Assembly (NCBI GenBank): GCA_022361175.1
Contig: JAKSBN010000346.1
Location: forward strand, 587-64,586
Source of the DNA: Pseudomonadota bacterium
GTDB lineage: Bacteria > Myxococcota_A > UBA9160 > UBA4427
Direction: 5' to 3'
Length of the DNA stretch: 64,000 nucleotides
Position numbers and translations under genes: made by a program. Position 1 is the first letter of the stretch. The number at the start of each line of letters is the position of its first letter. This document shows positions 59,205-64,000 of this stretch, one piece after another. The notes under the pieces are model-generated. The model saw only the letters and a program-made list of their open reading frames with translations. It did not search any database and was not told the DNA's origin.

Positions 59205-60155
59205 CTACTTGCCCGCCAGCGGAGCGACGACGGCTTCCGCGAACGCCTCCACCTGGTCCATGTCGGTGCCCGGCACCACCACGTAGCTGATGCCGGTCTG
59301 CTCCCGGCGCGCCTGCAGGCAGTCGCAGATCTCGGGACCCGAGCCGGTCAAGAACAGCGGGCAGTTGGCCACCTGCTCCTCGCTCATGCCCGTGCTGCCG
59401 GCCAGCGCGCGGCGCAGGTTGCCCGGCTCGTCGGTCAGACCGATCACGAACGAGAGTGAGCTGAACTCGATGGCCTCGGGGTCGCGCCCGGCGGCGCGTG
59501 CTCCCTCGCGGACCCATTCGACCTTCTCGTTCACCCGCTCGGGACGCAGATCTCGCGGCGTGTCGCCCGTGACCCGACCTTCCGGAAGCGAGGGATTGAT
59601 ACCCACGATGTCCGCGTGGCGCCCCGCCAGGCGCAGAATCTTGGGCCCGCCTCCGCCCACCAGCACGCGCGGCGCCTCACCGGTCGCCAGCGCTGCGGCC
59701 TTGGGCACGCTGCGGACCGTAAAGTGCTCGCCTTCGAAGCTCGTCTCGTCCTGGCTCCACATGGAGCGGATGATCTGAAGTGCCTCGTCGAGGCGCGCGA
59801 TGCGGGTGCCGGGGCTGTCGTACACCATGCCGGCCTGGTCGTAGTCCGTCTGCATCCAGCCCGCCCCGATGCCGAACTCGTGTCGTCCGCCCGATAGCAC
59901 GTGCAGCGTGGCCGCGGCCTTCGCCAGGACGACGGGGTGGCGGTAGTCCACGCCGTAGACCAGCGAGCCCACGTTCAGCTGCTGGGTGACGGCCGCCGCC
60001 GCCGCCTGCAGCGCGACGGGATCCCACTGCGGGGTGAAGTGGTCGGGGACGAACAGCGAGGCGTAGCCCAGCTCCTCGATCCGCCGCACCTGATCGGCCC
60101 AGCCATCGCTGGGAAGCTGGCCCAGCTGAACTCCGAAACGAAACGGTCGCGCCAC
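59205..60155 (-). CDS. luciferase-like monooxygenase (LLM) class flavin/F420-dependent oxidoreductase
   Basis: FRFGVQL...LGYASLFVPDH...GRHEFGIGAGW is typical of LLM TIM-barrels. GTG 60155 lies 6 nt after AAGGAGG. Confidence 0.9.
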   Translation of the reverse strand: MARPFRFGVQLGQLPSDGWADQVRRIEELGYASLFVPDHFTPQWDPVALQAAAAAVTQQLNVGSLVYGVDYRHPVVLAKAAATLHVLSGGRHEFGIGAGWMQTDYDQAGMVYDSPGTRIARLDEALQIIRSMWSQDETSFEGEHFTVRSVPKAAALATGEAPRVLVGGGGPKILRLAGRHADIVGINPSLPEGRVTGDTPRDLRPERVNEKVEWVREGARAAGRDPEAIEFSSLSFVIGLTDEPGNLRRALAGSTGMSEEQVANCPLFLTGSGPEICDCLQARREQTGISYVVVPGTDMDQVEAFAEAVVAPLAGK

Positions 60156-60196
60156 GGGGAACCTCCTTGCCGGGGCAGGCTAGCAGGAGCGCGCCG

Positions 60197-60235
60197 GTCG
60201 TTGGGGGGAGATCTCTCGTCGTTGGGGAGATCTCT
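60197..60235. repeat. tandem direct repeat GTCGTTGGGG(GG)GAGATCTCT x2, each copy containing the palindrome GAGATCTC
   Basis: Unit 1 is 60197-60216 (G6 tract) and unit 2 is 60218-60235 (G4 tract). The repeat lies in the 78-bp spacer between the GT2 stop and the LLM start. Confidence 0.9.
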
Positions 60236-61091
60236 AGAGGTGGCCGCGGAAGTAGGTCTGCCAGTCGCGGGCCGTCCGGTAGAAGGGCAGGACCGTGTCC
60301 AGCGCGAGATTCGACCAGTCGCGGGCCCGCCAGTCCTGACGCCAGAGGAGTGGCCAGTATTTGAAGTTGCCCTTGTTCTGCTTCAGGGTCCAGGCCAGGG
60401 AGATCCGGTGCCAGTTGCCGTAGAAGCGCCAGCGCCAGTAGGTGTCGAGAATGCTGCGCACGCTGTCGCGGCGCAGGTGATGGCAGCGGGCGCGCGGCGT
60501 GAAGACCAGTCGGCGCTGGCGCGCGGCCAGGGCCCGGGAGAGAGGGACGTCTTCGCCGTTCGTGCGGCACCGCTCGTCGTAGAGCCCCGCGTCGAAGAGC
60601 GCCTGGCGGCGGAAGACGCTGTTCGATCCCCAGAGAAAGGGCGGATTCTCGACCCGCTGGTCGCCCCGGCTCTGGCGCATGTGGGTCGCGCGCCAGTGGT
60701 TGGCCATGCCGTGGCAGTGGTCCTCGACCAGGTCGCCGCCGACGCCGACGACCTGGGGGTCTTGCAGCTCGCGCATGCACTCCTCGAGCCAGGTGGGCTC
60801 GGGCACGACGTCCGCATCCAGGGCCGCGACGAAGGGATGGACGGACGTGCGCACTCCCGTATTGCGCGCCGCCCCCAAGCCCCGGTTCTGCGCGTGGGGG
60901 ACGAGCCGCAACCGGCCCCCGGAGCGGCGCGCGAAGTCCTCGATCACGAGTCGCGAGCGATCCGTGGAGCCGTCGTCCACCACCAGGATTTCGGCGGGCG
61001 CGAGGGTTTGGTCCAGCACCGCGGGGAGAACACAGGGGAGGAACTCGGCGCCGTTGTAACACGGGATGTAGAGCGAGACCGCTTCGCTCAA
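60234..61091 (-). CDS. family 2 glycosyltransferase
   Basis: VSLYIPCYNGAEFL...VVDDGSTD...LDADV (DxD). TTG 61091 overlaps the radical-SAM stop (TTGA). The upstream 445 codons of the track ORF are rejected. Confidence 0.85.
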   Translation of the reverse strand: MSEAVSLYIPCYNGAEFLPCVLPAVLDQTLAPAEILVVDDGSTDRSRLVIEDFARRSGGRLRLVPHAQNRGLGAARNTGVRTSVHPFVAALDADVVPEPTWLEECMRELQDPQVVGVGGDLVEDHCHGMANHWRATHMRQSRGDQRVENPPFLWGSNSVFRRQALFDAGLYDERCRTNGEDVPLSRALAARQRRLVFTPRARCHHLRRDSVRSILDTYWRWRFYGNWHRISLAWTLKQNKGNFKYWPLLWRQDWRARDWSNLALDTVLPFYRTARDWQTYFRGHL

Positions 61092-62422
61092 GAGCGGCCT
61101 CCCGCGAGCCGGGGCGCCAGCGACTGCCACTTGCGATAGCCGTCCCGCTCGCGCGCATAGCTTCGGTCGAGGCGGGCGCCGTCGTACGCCTCCAACTCGC
61201 CCCGATCGGCCAGCGTGGCGAGTGGCGTGCCGTCGATCTCGGCGGCTCCGGACTCCTGCACGCTGTCGAAGGGCAGGGACGCGATGAAGCGCTTGGTGTC
61301 GAGCATGTGCTCGGGCGTCTCGCCGGGAAGCCCGTAGGTGAAGGTGCCGTGCACCGAGAGGCCCAGTTCCTTCAGGTGTCGGACCACGTGGCGGCCGCGT
61401 TCGAGATCGAGCCGCTTTTTCACGATGTGGTCGACGACCCACTGGTTGCCGCTCTCGAATCCGAGCTTGACGCCGAAGCAGCCGGCGTCGCGCATGACGC
61501 GCCAGGTGTCCAGCGAGACGGAATCCGCGCGGCACATGGCCGACCAGGGCAGTCCGAGCTCGGCCATCACTTCGCACAGGCCCAGGACGTGGCGATCGCC
61601 CAGATTGAACGTATCGTCGTCGAAGTAGATGCTCTCGAAGCCGTAGCGGCCCACCCAGTCGGTGAGGAAGGCCCGCATGTACTCCGGCGTGTAGTGCCGT
61701 ACCTGCCGGCGACTGCGCCCGTCCGGGTCGTTGCCGGTCATGGTGGCCGGCCAGGCGCAGAAGATGCACTTGTGGGGGCAGCCGCGGCTGCTCCAGACCT
61801 GGGCTTGAGGGGCCCGCTGACCCAGGGGATGCGGGTCCCAGTAGCGGTGGGCGTGAAGCGGGTCCAGGTACGGGAAGGGCGCCGCGTTCATCTCGTCCAG
61901 GCTCAGCAGGTCGTGGCCGATCAAGCCGGCTTCGCCGCGGAGGACCCGCGCGCTGCCCTTCTCGTACTCGCCCTGGATGCACGCGTGCACCGGCTCCTCG
62001 GCGAGGATCTCCGCGCCCCGCGACGACGTGATCACCCCCGTCACCACGATGCGCGTCTCGGGGAACAGATCGTGAACGCGCCTCACCAGGGCGCGATCGT
62101 GGCTCCAACTCGAGCTGGCGGACTCCAGGAACAGGAAGTCGTAGCGGTGCGTCTCCAGGTGCTCGAACCAACTCGCGTAGGACTCTCGCAGCGCGATGCT
62201 GTCCCGGAACGTCACGTCCGCGCCGGCCTCTCGGGCCGCGTAGCGGGCGGCGTAGCCCAGGAAGAAGGGGTAGGGCAGGTATCCGCCCGGAACGAAGCGG
62301 TCGGGCCGCGAGGCCACGGGCAGGGCGAAAGGCCAGCGGGAGCCGGCCCGCACTCCGGCGTACTCGTGGCGGCCGCGGCGCCCACACCACCAGGGAGGAT
62401 TGCTGAACAGGGCCCGGATCAT
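61088..62422 (-). CDS. B12-binding-domain radical SAM protein
   Basis: N-terminal Rossmann-like B12 region (IVVTGVITSS...IQGEYE) and SSRGCPHKCIFC (CxxxCxxC). ATG at 62422. Confidence 0.9.
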   Translation of the reverse strand: MIRALFSNPPWWCGRRGRHEYAGVRAGSRWPFALPVASRPDRFVPGGYLPYPFFLGYAARYAAREAGADVTFRDSIALRESYASWFEHLETHRYDFLFLESASSSWSHDRALVRRVHDLFPETRIVVTGVITSSRGAEILAEEPVHACIQGEYEKGSARVLRGEAGLIGHDLLSLDEMNAAPFPYLDPLHAHRYWDPHPLGQRAPQAQVWSSRGCPHKCIFCAWPATMTGNDPDGRSRRQVRHYTPEYMRAFLTDWVGRYGFESIYFDDDTFNLGDRHVLGLCEVMAELGLPWSAMCRADSVSLDTWRVMRDAGCFGVKLGFESGNQWVVDHIVKKRLDLERGRHVVRHLKELGLSVHGTFTYGLPGETPEHMLDTKRFIASLPFDSVQESGAAEIDGTPLATLADRGELEAYDGARLDRSYARERDGYRKWQSLAPRLAGGRS

Positions 62423-62610
62423 GCACCGAGCGGGAGCAAGGGCCGTGCCCGGTGCGGGCCGCGTGTTTTCGCGCACTTGCGTATGCGGGCGGGTTTCAGC
62501 GCGGAGTTCGCGTTGCAGACTGAAACGCGGGGTGGGCAGAGAAGTCCACTGTCGCCGGAATTCTCCAATTCGGTGGTAAGGCCCGCCGCGCGCGCACCGA
62601 TACGCAGCGC

Positions 62611-63660
62611 ATGCGCAGCTTGCTCGTCACGGGCGGCGCCGGTTTCGTGGGCGCCCACCTGGCGCTCGCGTCGAAGCGCGCGCGGCCCGCCTCCCGGGTC
62701 GTCGCGCTCGACAACCTCTGTCGGCGCGGCTCGGAGCGGAACCTGGAGCGTCTGGCCGCCGGCGGGGTCGAGTTCGTCCACGGCGACGTGCGGTGCCGCA
62801 CGGACCTGGAGGCGATCGCCGGCGACTTCGAGCTGATCGTCGACGCGGCGGCGGACCCGAGCGTCACGGCGGGACTCGGCGGGTCGCCGGAGTCCCTGGT
62901 GGCGACGAACCTGCTGGGCACCGTCCACACCTTGGAGCTGGCGCGCGCTCGGGGCAGCGCCTTCGTGCTGCTGTCGAGCTCTCGCGTCTACAGCCTCGAA
63001 GCCCTGCGGGCCCTGCCGCTCGTCGCCGAGGACAGCCGCTACGCCCTGGCCGCCGGCGCTCTGCCGGCCGGCGCGAGCGCGCGCGGCATCGGGGAGGGCT
63101 TCTCCACCGCCGGGGCGCGTTCGTTCTACGGCGCCACCAAACTCGCCTCCGAACTCCTGGTCGAGGAGTACGCGGCGCACCACGGGGTGCGCGCGGTGGT
63201 GAACCGCTGTGGCGTGATCGCGGGTCCCGGGCAGTTCGGCAGGGCGGACCAGGGCGTCTTCAGCCTGTGGCTGGCTCGCCACCTGGACGGCGGCCCGCTG
63301 GCCTACACCGGCTTCGAGGGGTCGGGGCGCCAGGTCCGCGATCTGCTCCACCCGGACGATCTGTTCGAGCTGCTGGAGCGGCAGTGGGGCGAGGTGAGCG
63401 CCTGGTGCGGGCAGGTCTACAACGTCGGCGGGGGGCTCTCCGGGGCCGTCTCCCTGCGCGAGTGGACGCAGGTGTGTGCCGAGGCCACGGGGTGCCCGCG
63501 CGCGGTGGCCTCGCGCCCGGAGAGCCATCCCGTGGACGTCGCCTACTACGTGAGCGACACCGCCCGCGCGGAAGCCCGCTTCGGCTGGAAGCCGGCCCGC
63601 GGGCCGCGGCAGATCGCCGACGACCTGACCCGCTGGCTGCGGGCGGGCGGTCCCGCATGA
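62611..63660 (+). CDS. NAD-dependent epimerase/dehydratase (CDP-paratose 2-epimerase-like)
   Basis: LLVTGGAGFVGAHL Rossmann motif and YGATK catalytic motif. 349 aa. Confidence 0.9.
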   Translation: MRSLLVTGGAGFVGAHLALASKRARPASRVVALDNLCRRGSERNLERLAAGGVEFVHGDVRCRTDLEAIAGDFELIVDAAADPSVTAGLGGSPESLVATNLLGTVHTLELARARGSAFVLLSSSRVYSLEALRALPLVAEDSRYALAAGALPAGASARGIGEGFSTAGARSFYGATKLASELLVEEYAAHHGVRAVVNRCGVIAGPGQFGRADQGVFSLWLARHLDGGPLAYTGFEGSGRQVRDLLHPDDLFELLERQWGEVSAWCGQVYNVGGGLSGAVSLREWTQVCAEATGCPRAVASRPESHPVDVAYYVSDTARAEARFGWKPARGPRQIADDLTRWLRAGGPA

Positions 63661-64000
63661 GCGTCGTCCTGGTGACGGGCTCGGCCGGCTTGGTGGGCAG
63701 CGAGAGCGTCCGGTACTGCCACGGCAAGGGTCTCGACGTGGTGGGCGTCGACAACCACATGCGGCGCGAGTTCTTCGGGCCCGACGGCGACGTGGCTTGG
63801 AATACCCGCGCGCTGCGCCGCGAGCTGGCTCGATTCCGCGCCGTCGACCTGGACGTCCGGGACGCTCCAGGCCTCGAGCGGCTCTTCGCGCGCTACGGCC
63901 GCGATGTGAAGGGCGTGATCCACTGTGCCGCTCAGCCGAGCCACGATTGGGCCGCCCGCGATCCCGTGACGGACTTCTCGATCAACGCGCAGGGCACCCT
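63657..64000 (+). CDS. NAD-dependent epimerase/dehydratase, 3' end outside the window
   Basis: ATG 63657 overlaps the upstream stop (ATGA). Translation MSVVLVTGSAGLVGSE...VIHCAAQPSHDW stays open to the window end. Not in the ORF track because it is unterminated. Confidence 0.8.
   Translation, partial: MSVVLVTGSAGLVGSESVRYCHGKGLDVVGVDNHMRREFFGPDGDVAWNTRALRRELARFRAVDLDVRDAPGLERLFARYGRDVKGVIHCAAQPSHDWAARDPVTDFSINAQGT

Overview
Very GC-rich (about 70% G+C by eye, not computed), gene-dense bacterial chromosomal segment. I count about 65 protein-coding genes and no rRNA, tRNA, CRISPR array, transposase or integrase. Most long ORFs in the six-frame track are Arg/Pro/Gly/Ala-rich shadow frames. I kept only frames whose translation looks like a real protein family. 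Starts were trimmed to ATG/GTG/TTG codons that have a GGAG-like ribosome-binding site or a 4-nt stop/start overlap (ATGA/GTGA/TTGA), which occurs at about 15 gene junctions here.

Content is mainly metabolism, transport and signalling:
- Transport: Na+/solute symporter, AmtB, a Kv-type K+ channel.
- Signalling: REC-GGDEF-EAL and EAL-HDOD proteins, and an FHA plus Ser/Thr-kinase pair.
- Regulators and esterases: three TetR and one MarR regulator, each near a perfect AT-rich palindrome, and several esterases.
- Lipid genes: WS/DGAT and a KAS III-like enzyme.
- Other modules: MoxR-DUF58-transglutaminase, a PEP-CTERM protein, queE, cutA, prmA, a dGTPase, and a glycan cluster with a B12-radical-SAM enzyme.

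Lipoboxes, the PEP-CTERM tag and the Hanks kinase suggest a high-GC Gram-negative organism such as a myxobacterium-like lineage (inference only).

The strongest hidden signal is selenium biology. A SelW-like selenoprotein gene (19241-19456, minus strand) carries an in-frame UGA inside a CxxU motif, followed by a SECIS-like hairpin, and is absent from the ORF track. About 14 kb away lies a flavoprotein-SelD fusion, GTGA-coupled to a HIT protein and followed by a B12-binding protein. The second candidate for something new is an operon of three unrecognisable proteins (39446-43931), one of 962 aa with a roughly 250-aa Arg/acid block region. I cannot show that any of these is a truly undescribed system without database searches.
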